Positions 48,530 through 61,333 of a DNA stretch of 64,000 nucleotides are shown piece by piece. Position 1 is the stretch's first letter, and every line of letters begins with the position of its first letter. Origin of the DNA: Ophelia neglecta (taxonomy: Eukaryota); contig OZ260663.1 of assembly GCA_965285935.1 (NCBI GenBank), forward strand, positions 69,874,001-69,938,000, in the 5' to 3' direction. A model generated the notes under the pieces. That model ran no database searches, had not been told where the DNA came from, and saw only the letters and a list, made by a program, of their open reading frames with translations. A program made the position numbers and the translations under genes.

Positions 48530-49750
48530 TAACAAAAATAGAAATTAATTTGATAGTACATTTGTATATTACACCTGCAGTAATATACACATAAGTGTAT
48601 TTGTAAGTTTGGCTCAAGATGTTAACCTAGTCATGGAATTGAGACATAGTGGATTACACTGCCACACACTATAGCACTGGGATCCATTTGAGGGGGCAAC
48701 ATAATTAGAAGAGACGTACGGTTTCCGCGAATTTTCGTAGAACCAGCGCAAACGTATTCACCATTTCAGTAGGCTCCAATTAATTTTAAGCGTTAAAGAA
48801 AATGTTGCTCCGCGCAAATTGTTCAAAATATATACCCCTTGGTTTCTTGTCCAAATTTTGTCCACCCTCCCCCCAACTTTTAGTCGGATTTTGCCCCCCC
48901 CATGGACTAATAATGAAAGCTCCCTAATATGAAGAGCCAGTGAAATGTTCACATACCTGAAAGTTCGCAATGACTAAAGGCCAATTTTCGCCACAAATTA
49001 ATTTCGTTGTTTCACATGTTTATCTTGTAATACAAGTTCTAGAGGTCTAAAGTGCTAATACTAACCTTCTTTTGCCAATACCACTGCAATACTGGAAATT
49101 AATTTCGTGGTAGAAAGAAGAGATCCGTAATACGTCTTAGGCCTAGTAGGCCTACGGGAATTAAATAAGTCTCTGCCAAGATTATTCCCTGTTACAGTAT
49201 ATTATAATTATGGTTCTCGGCCGTTATATCGGCATTAAGTAGGCTATACGTATAAAGGTACAAGACTCACCATTTCCCCAGTTGACCAACTTAATGGATC
49301 TGCGAGACTTTGTATTTTGTTACTGTCACGGGAGTTAAAATCTCATATTTCTATGGTCAGATTGACAATGTATAACTTTCCGAATCCTTTTCGGCAATCA
49401 GCCCTTTATTCAAAGTCATACATGACATTATCATAAGCGTTCAAACATATATTCACAAGTTAAAATTAACACCACAAGGATACTTCGCCACGTAATACAA
49501 GTATATAGTATGTATCTCAACATTGCTGCTCTCCCTTTACGTTCCACCAAGCTATCACACGACATCTTCGCGGCATAATTCCATAGTTGCGTGGTTGAAA
49601 TCATAATTTGGTATGGCCAGTCGACCTATCTGACTTTTATCCCCATGCAGATGACCACACCAACTTAAGAATTAAATACTGCCTGCGTGCTGAAGAATAA
49701 ATTGTTTTGGCTTACAGGCAAACGATCCGTGTCAGAAAAAAACTGTCCTA

Positions 49751-51122
49751 TTACAGGGCTGGGCTTTCTTCGTCTTCAGATTTGACCTTTTGGTAGGTGA
49801 TTTTATTTTTAAGGGAACATTGTGCATTGGAAAACATAGGGTTTTCCGGGTTGCCTTTTAATTCTTTCATCCGTGTCCCATTGCACGGGCGAGTGTTGTT
49901 TACTCCATTGGGAGAGGCATGGCTATGATAAGTGAAATAGGCCGTCGGGTTTGCCGGCCGGCGACAAATAATAACTTTGAGCTGCTCTCGAAATTTCTGG
50001 CCAGTTGCACAATACAGGAAAAAATTCATTGAATGGTTGATATACATAAGCAAATCAACAATGGTTCTCGCTAGTATAAATTTAGAATACTCTTTTAAGT
50101 TTCTAACTTTAGCTTGCAAAAAAGCTGTAACAATCATAGCGATATTAACAGGCAGTGTGGTAATGAGAAAGAAGAAAGAGATGGTCAACAGCATTATTGT
50201 CAGTTTGGCGCTGCTCTCGACATGATGTCGTCTGCCATCCGCTCCGCGATTTGACGAACAGCTTGTGGATAACTGAGTCCGATCCTTTCGCGCCTGAATC
50301 ACTTTTTGTATAATTAGACCATTGAGAATAGAAATGACCACCACAGGTACAAACGAATATAGAAAAGCATCGACCCAAGGCCATATTTCAACCACAAGCC
50401 TCTGATAGTTATCTCCTCCGTCACATTGGGGGATTGATTCGTTCTTGTACGGGCTATAACGGACCTCTGTCGTCCATAAAAAATGTAAATTGATGCACAA
50501 CAAAAGTAACAATATAGTAATTATCACAATCAATGCCCGTCTCTTATTGCACATAGACGGGGCTCTAAGGGGCCAACAGATGGCAATATATCTTTCCACG
50601 GTGACTGCGATGATTAGCCAAACTGAATAGTCACTGACAGTGTAGGCAATAACGCTCAGTGTTTTACAGCTCCAATCAGAGTGGTCAATGATATCATACC
50701 CGGTCACTTCACCAATCCATTTCCGTAAAAGGCCGATTAACAAAACCAGCGTATCCGTAATAGAAAGTACAGCGAGGTATAAATAGGTAGAAACCCGAGC
50801 CATAGGATTACGACTCAAAATGACACAAGATAGTATGTTTCCTATTGTTCCAATTATGAAAATAATAGGCGGCACGTAGAGTAAGAGCTGTTTATGATAC
50901 CAATATTCATCATATTGCATCAACTGCTTCTCGTAGTTCTTCACACTCATTTCCTGGCTTTGATCGGTGTCCAAAAAGTTAAAGAATTCTCCAATGTCGG
51001 ACACTCCTAGTTTATTGAAAAGCGCCTGTCTCTCAAGCTCGGTGTAACTGTCCAGCAAGGAGAGTATTGTTGTCAGGTTCAGGACAGGTTCCGCACCTCC
51101 CGAGTCTTTAGACGGCCAATCC
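49751..51122 (-). CDS. Class A (rhodopsin-like) peptide GPCR, FMRFamide/myosuppressin/sex-peptide-receptor-like clade
   Basis: Seven hydrophobic segments with GTIGN (TM1), LAVLSITD (TM2), C...ERYIAICWPL (TM3), YSFVP (TM5), FFLITTLP (TM6) and NHSMNFFLYC..GQKFR (TM7/H8). The NFFLY and TTLP variants are typical of this clade. The frame is open from a splice acceptor (ttgctgttccag, exon starts 51122) to TAA at 49751. First in-frame ATG is at 50950, so the true start is either there or in an unlocated upstream exon; the TTG start in the ORF track is not credible. Confidence 0.93.
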
Positions 51123-52369
51123 CTGGAACAGCAACAACAGTATTGTCAATCAAAAAGAAACTATCACTGAAAGTATTAAAATGCCCGTTCGTGTATGAAG
51201 CCAGCTGGCAGGTCTAAGCTTTTTGCAGCACGACAAGAATATTAAGCTTACTGCGGAGTTTACAAAACGATTGCAACGACCATATGCATTCGAGTCTTCG
51301 CGCAAGGGCGGCAAGTTGCCGCAGCTTAGCGGCTTACTGAGCGACGGCAGACGAACGCCTTTCGGCTTGCTTAGTTCAGGATATGACACGCCTATGACGC
51401 AGATAAAACTGAACCTCAAATCGCAGAAATTATCGCTAATGTACCAGAGTTTGAGATTGTCATGTCGGCTAATTAAGGTTGACAAAGGTCGACTATGATG
51501 ATGATATTTCGGTTAAATGAACATAGTAAGAGAACGATATAGAGGCCGGCGTCTTGCTGGTAATGAACCACTCTACAGCCAATCTAGCAGCAACAGATAT
51601 TACAGCCTATATAGATTTGTTTGAATAGGAGCGTGGCGTCAAATAGTCAGAATGAGACGTTGATTACAATAGACCTAATGATGCAGTGTGATACGTCTTA
51701 ACTCTGAAAAAGTTTATGGTTAAGAATAACTACGTTAAACGCCTATGTAACGTGTAATATCGAAATTTAAAGTTAATAAGTGTATTAGGAATCTATCACT
51801 GACAAATGAGAGCACACATTCTTTAAAATGCCCAGAGTATAAAAAGCTTACACGTTATGAAACACAACGGACCAATCACGGATTTATATTTCACATAGTC
51901 CACTTCAAGTCGGTCAGTTTTACTGTCGGTCTGTTTGTACCAACAGTTGTATATGATTTCTTTCCTATCAAAAACTATTTGATTGTTTAGACAGTTGACA
52001 ATAATCATCATCACAATCTCATTGCATAGGCTGAAATCTCAAGAAAAACATAAAAATGTGCTTCTTTTTGGTATGATAAAGATAACGCATCACATCAGCT
52101 ATAACTATGCCTAATGTTTAGTTATAAGAGAACGAATTAAAATAGTAAAGGATGCTTTGAGAGGAAATAATTCTCCCAAGACATAATTATGAAAGTGCCG
52201 TAAGGTCACCCGGGCCTTCCCTCTTTCAATAGCCTGGAAGAAGTCTACAAAAGATGAATCAATTAAACAACCAAGGTTTTGTTCTTGATTTCGGTTGGAA
52301 ACCCACGTTATAATTTTATGTCAATGACGAAGAAACAAAATACAAAAACTCTCCATTCACGAAAAGTCC

Positions 52370-52852
52370 TCCCGTGTCGTCAGAATATTGTTTGAATTGT
52401 CCATCACTTCTGTTAAGCTATTATGGGCAAAGATTGAGGACATTTGTTCATCAATTGTTAAGCCATTATGGGCAAAGATTGAGGACGTTTGTTCATCAAC
52501 ATACAATAGAAAAACCAATTTCCAGAATAGTGACAAGATCTTAGGTTTACATGAAGACAATTTTGAAAATTTTATATTTGGAAACCAATTGATACTATTG
52601 GGAAAAGTAACAATCATATATAAATATCTTGAGCTTATTTGAATTGGAATGTGTACTGCGTGGGGTAGGTCTAAACCACACGGGTTAAGGATTGAATTTA
52701 ATCGTGTGGATATACTATAAAAGTTGAAATTTGAATATTTAAAAGTGGATACAGATGGATAGACTATTATCATTGATGACTGAGTTTTAAGAGATCAAAT
52801 ATACTGTAAATGTGATGAATTATACAAATAAATGTATTAAAAAGATAAAAAA
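52370..52852 (+). mobile_element. Decayed L1/Tx1-like LINE 3' fragment
   Basis: Frame reads VKPLWAKIE...KILGL...NQLILLGK..IYK, like the region after the CCHC knuckle of Tx1/L1 ORF2. Ends in AATAAA (~52827) and an A-rich tail. Confidence 0.55.
52411..52499. repeat. 45-bp tandem duplication within the LINE fragment
   Basis: tgttaagc(t/c)attatgggcaaagattgaggac(a/g)tttgttcatcaa at 52411 and 52456. Confidence 0.92.
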
Positions 52853-55800
52853 GGTACAGACGGTTCCTAGCAATAGAAATCTAATGAAAACACAAATGCA
52901 TTATTACTGAAGCATGCAATGATTTGGAATTTTTGGGGATTAACGACAAATAAGCACCATGAGGGCCTTTTAGTGTCTTTAAGTTGTGTGTATTTCCTTA
53001 TTATGCATGTTAGCATCTGAATTTTGTTTATTTATATTATAATGATTGTAGTAATGGTATCAGTAAAACGTTATTGACCATTATCATACACAAACTATCT
53101 AGGTGTGTTTTATTTTGAATAAAAAGCATTAGTAGAGGTTGATAAGATGTTATTGAGTCAATAAATATGTAATAAGGGTTTTCGAAACTTTCGAAGTTTT
53201 AAAATCGCTTCCATATTCGAGACCTACTACGTTTTGTAGTAGAGAGTTATAGCTGTTAAGTATTGAAGAATCTGTTGTGGATTGTTTCTTTCAAACAGGG
53301 CTTTTGAGATTTCACATTCTTACAACGGTTTCTAGTTTCCTTGAAACAGCTGCACATGCACGATAGAATATGTTGGAAGGTGATCAGGTGATGACACAAA
53401 GTTAGTGAGGGATGAACGGCGAACATGGTGTAGGGGTAACGGTAGGGAGCTAGACAGATTGTAAAATACCTTCCTCCCTACTAGCCTATTTTGTACCGAT
53501 TTTACACTAACGATGGGCCCTAAGATAGCATAAAGCGATATGAACTGCGCACTGAAAATTATTGATTAAATTCATCCAGCAAATTTCATACAAATTAAAT
53601 GATATTGAACATTTTAAAGGTGTTTGCTATTTTGGTGCCTGATACAATATAAAATTAACCAAGACATAACCCAGACAATACATTTTGGTAAAAGCAATAA
53701 GAAATATGGAAAACCGTCATGCAAAGATGATTGGTCTAAATGACATATAGCATTGTGAGCTAGTAAGATAAATACATAAATAATATAGGCGTTTGCCCTG
53801 GCTTCAATGATGGTTAAAAATAATGAAAGAGAATTTCGGTAAATGAAAATGAAAATGGTTTAATCACTATCCGTAAAGCTGAAATGGTCTTATAAACGCA
53901 AAATCTTACCTCTTTATTTATGATTCTGTAAAACGCGCGCGGAAGAATCTACTATAAGCTTACTCGTTCTTTGTTGAAACATAATTTGTATCATAAAGGC
54001 ATTTATGCATAGCAAAATTAGCGAACATAGAAAACAATATGATATAGGCGGCTGGCTTTTTCTTTCGCCGTCTTCATGTGTTCCACTCTAAACTATAATA
54101 CCCACGACCACCAACGAGCAGCACTCAAAATGAAATACCGCTGTAAAGAACAATTCTTTGTGACCAAATAGCACCAAATCGAGATATAACCCTATCACGA
54201 ATCTCGAATACCCGCACTGTCGGACGTCTTAGAACGTGGACTACCAAATACCAAGGGAACTAGCGTGAACTTTACATTAGTCAATGTCCGAGTAAGTGGC
54301 CGATACCTGGTAGGAATGTAAAACCTCAGCCGGCAGAGCTGGCCTCGGTCTCCATTCCTACCCGGTACATACCACTTACGAGGACATGAACTACTTAGTT
54401 CATGGTCAGTTGGAAGCATTATTAGTCTGTTTAAAAAGCATTCCACCGGAATAATGACATCTACTAATAGTTTCTTGAAGAAGGTCACGTTCTTTGAACA
54501 CGTATACATATATATCTGAGAGATGCAATGTTCTCTTGTCACGCAATGCTAGAAATTGGATCGAGTCTTTCTATATGCATGCATGGCCTTGGGGTGTTTA
54601 TCTCTTCTACGAAACTGCTAATCTCTTTACGGTTTTGCTAATCACCAATGAGCTCGTCATATTTCAAACACATTTTCAATTAGTCTCCTCAATAGAAATT
54701 GGACATACGACTAATTGCATAGCATGACCTGCATCTGCATACAATAGAGAAGGACTTGACCTCATCCAGTGATTTGCAAGGTGTAATCTATTTGGTGATT
54801 GCTCTCTCCAATTTCAACCAAGGCGATGAATTTTACGGTTATTTTGAGAAACAAGAATTACTTTGCATCTAGCTTTCAAAGTGGAGATATGTCAAAAGAA
54901 GGAGAAAACAAATCAGTATCATTCAAGAGATTGTCGATGGCCAGCGCCAGATCACAAGCGCTTCAGTAATTTTCGTACTATCGTATCTTATGTGCTGACT
55001 GAGTGACATCTAAATGAACTGCTGGACGGCAGTTTACAGTAATGGTATACCGGAGGCCTGCCGAGAGAAAATAGGACATGCCAGATGAGCTGCCTGGAGA
55101 TAGAAGGGGTCTCCACAGTGACCCAGGCCGGGCAGGTGTGTGTGTGTTATTACTGCATAGCCGTTATATCGACTAGTGGCTGATTTACTATAAATAGGGC
55201 GAGATTGTGAACGTGAGCAGAATGCTGCCACCAGAATGGTGATAATCATATCCAGCCTGTTGCTAATCATTCCAACTGACCTGGTATCATATTTTATCGT
55301 TTAGGTGATCGAAGCCATACCACGCCCGGTGCGTAGCTGCGTATCAGGGAAGCCCAAAAGTATTAATACCCGTTTGTATAGCGGGAAGTCCTCAAATTCA
55401 GGGATTATCGTCCAATGCAGGTCATCTGACTTAACGTAAAACACGATATAAAAATTGTTTGTTTTAATGTTAAACTGGCCACACAGATATACGAATAAAA
55501 GTCGTGCCAGGTTCCTCAAATGAATGATTAAGTCCGGCAAAGGAGCAGATTGGAGGTCGCGTGCAATTTTTGAATGTTTTATGGCAGTTTTTGTTTTTGG
55601 TAAAAAATGTGCATACATGCTCGTCAAGTCACATGCCTGATGTTTTGTATGTTTTATTTCAACATCTTTGTAATTATACACTCATGGTATACGGAATGCC
55701 AACCATTTAGGTATACCTAATAATAAATAATCATTATACCGTAGAGGATGGCAATTGCCTGTTTAGCTACTTACATTCTGAATGTTTGGTTTAACCATAT

Positions 55801-58800
55801 TTTATCCTTGCTGGATCGGCCAAAACATTGCAAGGCTAATCGAGTTGCCTCTCCTAATTCTGAATGTTGAATGTCAGCGACACGACATACACAATGCTGA
55901 CCAAAAAAGATGCGCTCCTCTATATATCAACCTTTAATTTTGTAGTTGTTTCTCCCCACCAGCACTCATAGATATGTGCCTTTAAAAAGGCCTACTGTTA
56001 ACCTTAATTACCATTGCGCCTGCTTCATTTTTCCTTAATTGTACCCATGTATGAAGAGTATTTAAATGTTTTCAAACAAAACCCTATTTGTCAGGCTATT
56101 TATGAACGCACATGCATAAAACATTTGTATTTAGTTGCCCATGGAAATTAATACCCTGTCGGTGCGGCCTCTGTTCGGAATAATAATGATATGCTATCAG
56201 GCGAAAAACAATTTATCAGACATACACAATTGTCATGTAGATAGATTCATCATTTATGAATTGGGCACCATTCGATGAATGGTCCAAGCCGGTCTCTCGT
56301 CAGACGACCTGCCCTAATCTCATAGATGCGATAGTGTGGTAGCAAACAGTTTTCTGAGCAGGCGTGCAGCAGCTGCCAGTGAAATTCCTATATGTTTAAA
56401 AGGATAAAATCAACTATAACCCAAACGGGTGATATTCAAATTAGCACTTGTCCCTATTCCCGACGTAATACAGTTGTTAGCTGCAAAGCCCCTTCTATAA
56501 CTCATCAACCAATCGACAACAGTGTGACTTGAAATCCGGATGAAGCTAAATTAACTTAAGAAATTGTCCACCAATCTTCCTTTAAGGAATTTCCACCGCC
56601 TGTTTACTTCTAAGTCGGGCCAAGATCAAAGTAAGGTACAAACTGTATTAAAGGCTCGCTTAGAAATCATTGGGTTGTCTCTTTGACCAGGCAGTTGCTT
56701 TCAGCAGGCGGCAACTGTTAGGCATTCGCCAGATAGGCCTATAAGACTCTTAATATTCCCTAGCCACAGCAGACAAAACGATCTGTCAAATTTGTGAACA
56801 TGTTTACGAAGAAGGGTAATAAAGCCGTCCTTTGGACTAGGAGTTCATTTCAAAAAGGTCAAACTATCAATTTTGTTGCAGCCGATTAAAACATTTAAAA
56901 GGTTGTCTGGGTTAATAAAACACCGCGTTTGAAAAATAGTTTTAACACGTATCTCAAAAAAACCAAATGCGATTTATTATATTATGCTGACAAGTAACCA
57001 GGTAGTCAAAAAGGCTGCATGGCAAAATCCGTCGCAATCATACTGAAAATAACGTGCGTGTTTCACTAGACCATCCTCTTTCTTGAAACGTCTTTTCATT
57101 GACTGCGATAAAAATAGCTACCGCAATCAGGTAAGATATCAAAAGATCACAGGATGGCTTCATTAGTACTTCAAAATTTTATTTACAAATTTAACATACG
57201 ATATATATATATATTTCTGGATGTTGTTTCGACTCGGTATTAGATAGGGAACTAACAAATAAATTACTAATGGCAAACAATTTGTTAGAGAGGTAAAGCA
57301 AAAAGGCCTGTTATATATAATAAATCACACAGCTATAGGACTATAGCCTATGTATAATAAAGTACTGCATTGCCACCTTGGTATTCAATATAAGGATTCA
57401 TTTGACAATGTGATCGTTCTTTTTCCAAGGAAGGTGTTTAAAAACCATGTGGTTCACATGTACATCATTGTTGATCCCTAACATTTGCACAACAAAACTC
57501 GCCCCAGCCGTATCTGATACATGTATGTCTACTCTTCCGTTTTATGCCGGCCGGACCTAAAGCGAGGTCTCTGTCCCAATCATCTGACTGGCTAATGGGT
57601 CTGAGTTAATTAACGGACATCAAACGACTAATAGATAGGTTTTGTCTGCGAAGGCGGAAACTGACGAAAACTGCGAGGTTCGTGAAACTCCTCAACAAAG
57701 GTACTGCAAAGGTATCGGTAAATGCGGAGATGATTAACTCGTGCCAAGGGGCGCTCCGGGCTTAGCAGGGAACTCTTCCTTCTGGCTTTAATCTTCACAT
57801 TTCTGTCCATATTGGCCTCCTTTCCTCGATGGTTTGACTTGATAAATGTGGATTCTTAAAGCCCAGAAGAAAAGAAGAAAGCTGAATATTCTTGCCCAAG
57901 TAAAGTGCGCAGAACAGCCAGTATTGTGTAGAATATCAGTGTTATCTGAAGTTGCTGGCTACAGGAGCCTGTAGGGAAACGGTTTTATATCATTTTTTTT
58001 TCATCTTGAAACAATGGAGCAACGTGTTATTATGGTTGCTTTTACGATTAATGTGTTGGGGTACACACTCCACCAGATGCTTCCATTTGTTTTTGTCTCG
58101 ACAAAAGCTTATTTTTATTACATTCATATTGCAAGAAGTAATAGAAAATGTTGATAAGGTTGATTAGTGTCATTTCTTGCACAGGCCTACCGTGTTTCAT
58201 TTAAATGCCAGTTTGTATAGTATCATACATCGGGCGATAATTTGACGACGTACAAGAGACCTATGTCATCCCTGCTTGTGTCCTGGCTTTCCATATCAGT
58301 ATAGGCATATTTAGAGAGAATAGCCATCTTCTGGCTAGCGGATTTTTAATAAACAACTGTCTAAAGACCTTTTCATTGATCTGACGGATAAACAGACTAC
58401 AATTTGCTTTTAATAATTACTTGCAACAGGTTGCAAATGTGGGGTTACATCCATTTATTAAGTACTGCACCTCAGTTCATCGAGTGGCTGGCGCAGTGCG
58501 TGAGTCCCTGGGAATACTGTCGTCAATCTTGATATAACGCAACTGGCGCCGAGGATAATAAAGCTGTTGAGAAGCGTTAAAAAACGTCCATTACTTGTAT
58601 GTGAGACTACCTCTTAATATCCAAAAAACCCACACGGGTGGACAATGATACCTGCTCAGAGAGCCTTAATTATACTCGGGGGAATAAATGACACCATGAA
58701 AAGTGAGCAGGTAGGAAGACGACAGCAGACCTAGAACAGATCAAAGTGTTTTTGGATTTCTGTTAGGCTACTCGTCATTGCAGCAAATGACTCCACATGC

Positions 58801-61160
58801 CATAAAACCTCTCTGATATGAGATATCTGTGTTGAAATTCACGTATTGATCTTTATATAAATATCCAATAATAAAGCCAATCAAATAATTGGGAATTACT
58901 GGATGTCACGTGCTCTAATGACCTACACTCCAAATGATCGCCTTAAAACTCTTCCGTTTTTAGATCAATATCAGGTTCTCATCATTGTAAGATACTTTTC
59001 AATATTGGTCACTTTGACAGATCACATTGAGGTCACTGTTCCATGAATAGAGTCGTCATTGATATTGCATGGCGTCAAAGTGTATTATCAAATGAATATC
59101 CTCCCATTAATATTAATCAGGGATTTCCAGATCTTTTAAGCCGACACTTGGTGTGAGCTGATTTCATAGCACGTAACCGATGTGGGCAAATGAAAACACG
59201 TCTTTTATATTTATTGAACGATTGCGGAGATAGGATGTGTTAGTTCCTTCCTTAGAAACTGAAAACCTCACTATTGTCGCTACCACAAAAATTGTGAGAA
59301 ATCCAAGTTCCAGGTTATTTTTGGTGAAATGTCCCAATTAAAATTACTTGATCGAATGTCTTTTTTCAGCCCTGGTATAGATGTCAACAGAGCATTAGAA
59401 TAAATTACCAGGACCGTGAACCATTATTCGATTAACTTATTTAATTTTTTATTAGACCGATCATTTCATTTATATGACGTTAGAGCGTGTGAATTTTATC
59501 TGTCAATCTATAGCCTATATTGTACATGATCGCATGACAATATTTTTTCATTGGCAAATGGAGCTCCGAACAATTAAAATGCCGTTACTCCAATTTTCCT
59601 CTATAAAAGGGGTGATAGCCTCTTTGTTAAGCCTGGCCATACTGATACTCATGTCATATACAGAGATGGTCCAAGTCACGCTGGTTGACTTTGTCTGCCG
59701 TTCACACTTAAATCGCCTTGCTAATGTATCAATCTAACGATAATTGCTTGCTGCATGCATGTATGCACAGAAGGTCTATATACACCTTCATCAGCGCTAT
59801 AGCCTAGCTAGCGTTTATTCATTAGTTAGCAGTTCTGAAAACACCTAATTTACAACTAGTGCTTTTAATCCTGCTATCGATCTTAAGCAAATCCCACTGC
59901 CGTGTAAGAAAAAGTCGATTGGTATATACGGAACTCCGGATGAGCTTGTAGGGGCAGAATTCAATTATGTCATCTATCATTGTTAAGCGGACAAAAGGTG
60001 TATCTATACAAGCCAAGCCTCATCAAAATATGACGGTAATCTAAAGTCAATACTTCTCCAGTGAGTTGTACACTGTCAGGTTGGATTAAGTTTCCTTGGT
60101 TATTTTTGACACCAATTCATAGTAGCGATTGTCAATGTAGGGACGCAAACTCAATGTTGGTTCTTTGGCATATCTTACCTGCTTGCTCTACGTATACAAT
60201 GTATAAGTAAAAGTTTTAAAGCATACCTGGAAAGAAGAACTAGGACCATCCGTTATCACCCGATAGTATACTTACTGTGATGTATATGATGTCAAACCAG
60301 GATTATGAATAGCAAAATGTAGTAATGAAGATCATACTAGTAATTAATGATATTTGCTTTTTTTTCTCGATAATCAACATTTCCTTGCTTCTTACCAATT
60401 CACCGTGCACCTTCTTTATGTTTAGATAGGTCTTGTTCATCTTTTAATCCTCCGATTGCGAAGTGTACAAAGCAGACTGGTGAAGCCAATATTGGCTTCC
60501 ATTATCAAGATGCATGCTGTTTCGCAAAATTGTCTACGCTACATATAAGCCTGTCTCTTTAACTTCTATTTTTGCCCTGCGTCCGTTTTTTTGCTATAAA
60601 TGTAATCTGTGCTGTACCATGGATGAAATGTGAAATATGTCACCCAAGTGATAGGGTAAACCTATGGCACCCGAACCAGATTAATGGTGAACCGTGTGCA
60701 TCTCTAAGGTTACAAAACATACCACATTGCCATGCCAAGACAACAGAGTCAATTATATGCATTGAAATATCTACAGTCGTTTCGTGATAGAAATCTAACT
60801 GTACGTTTTTTTAGAGTGGGAAGGTCGGCAAGGAGAGACTAGACAGCGTCACGTAGACCACCTTTAACTGAAGGCAACATAACACAATGCCAAAAAATCG
60901 CTTATTTAGGTAATATCGCATATTAGATGTACCGAACAGCTGTAATGGTCCTGTGATGCATGCGACTCGCGAATCCAATTGTATATGATAACGGCAACGA
61001 AGCTAGACTGCGCAACCCTACTGGTAAAAGCAGGGTTCTCCAAAGACTAAAATGTCAAATATGGCCAAAAGGTATAAGAACAGTAAAGTAACTATTTATT
61101 TTTATTTTTTAGCTAAAAAAATGCCTCGTAAAAAGATTTATATCTCTGTTCTAATTCTGT

Positions 61161-61333
61161 AGCCGGCTGCCAGATCTGAGAGCAGCGAGCAACATATTTT
61201 GCTGCTCTAGGAAATGATCTGATGGCAAACAGCCAATAGGTTTACAGACTGATCTGTTCTTATAAAGCTATTTTGCCAGCCAGCTGAAAGTGGTATCAGA
61301 ATAGGTGTTCATCAGAAAAGATCGTTGGGGACC
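61161..61333 (+). mobile_element. Solo arm of the same family as 15426-16388
   Basis: Matches 16117-16387 with an internal deletion (gccagatctgagagcag...ctgatctgttcttata...cagctgaaagtgg...ttcatcagaaaagatcgttggggacc). Confidence 0.7.

Noticed and set aside
13281-48970. Short ORFs of 60-130 aa in the ORF track
   Set aside because: Mostly alternative-start, low-complexity translations with no recognisable domains or consistent splice chains; expected by chance.
55034-55270. Signal-peptide-like ORF (MIITILVAAFCSRSQS) as GPCR first coding exon
   Set aside because: No good phase-2 donor to join 51122 and no recognisable homology.
57655-57700. Hammerhead (CTGACGA...GAAAC)
   Set aside because: Stem II is not closed next to GAAA, and stems I and III are unsupported.
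60179-60224. GPCR start-codon exon
   Set aside because: The ATG is followed by CTT TAA (stop).
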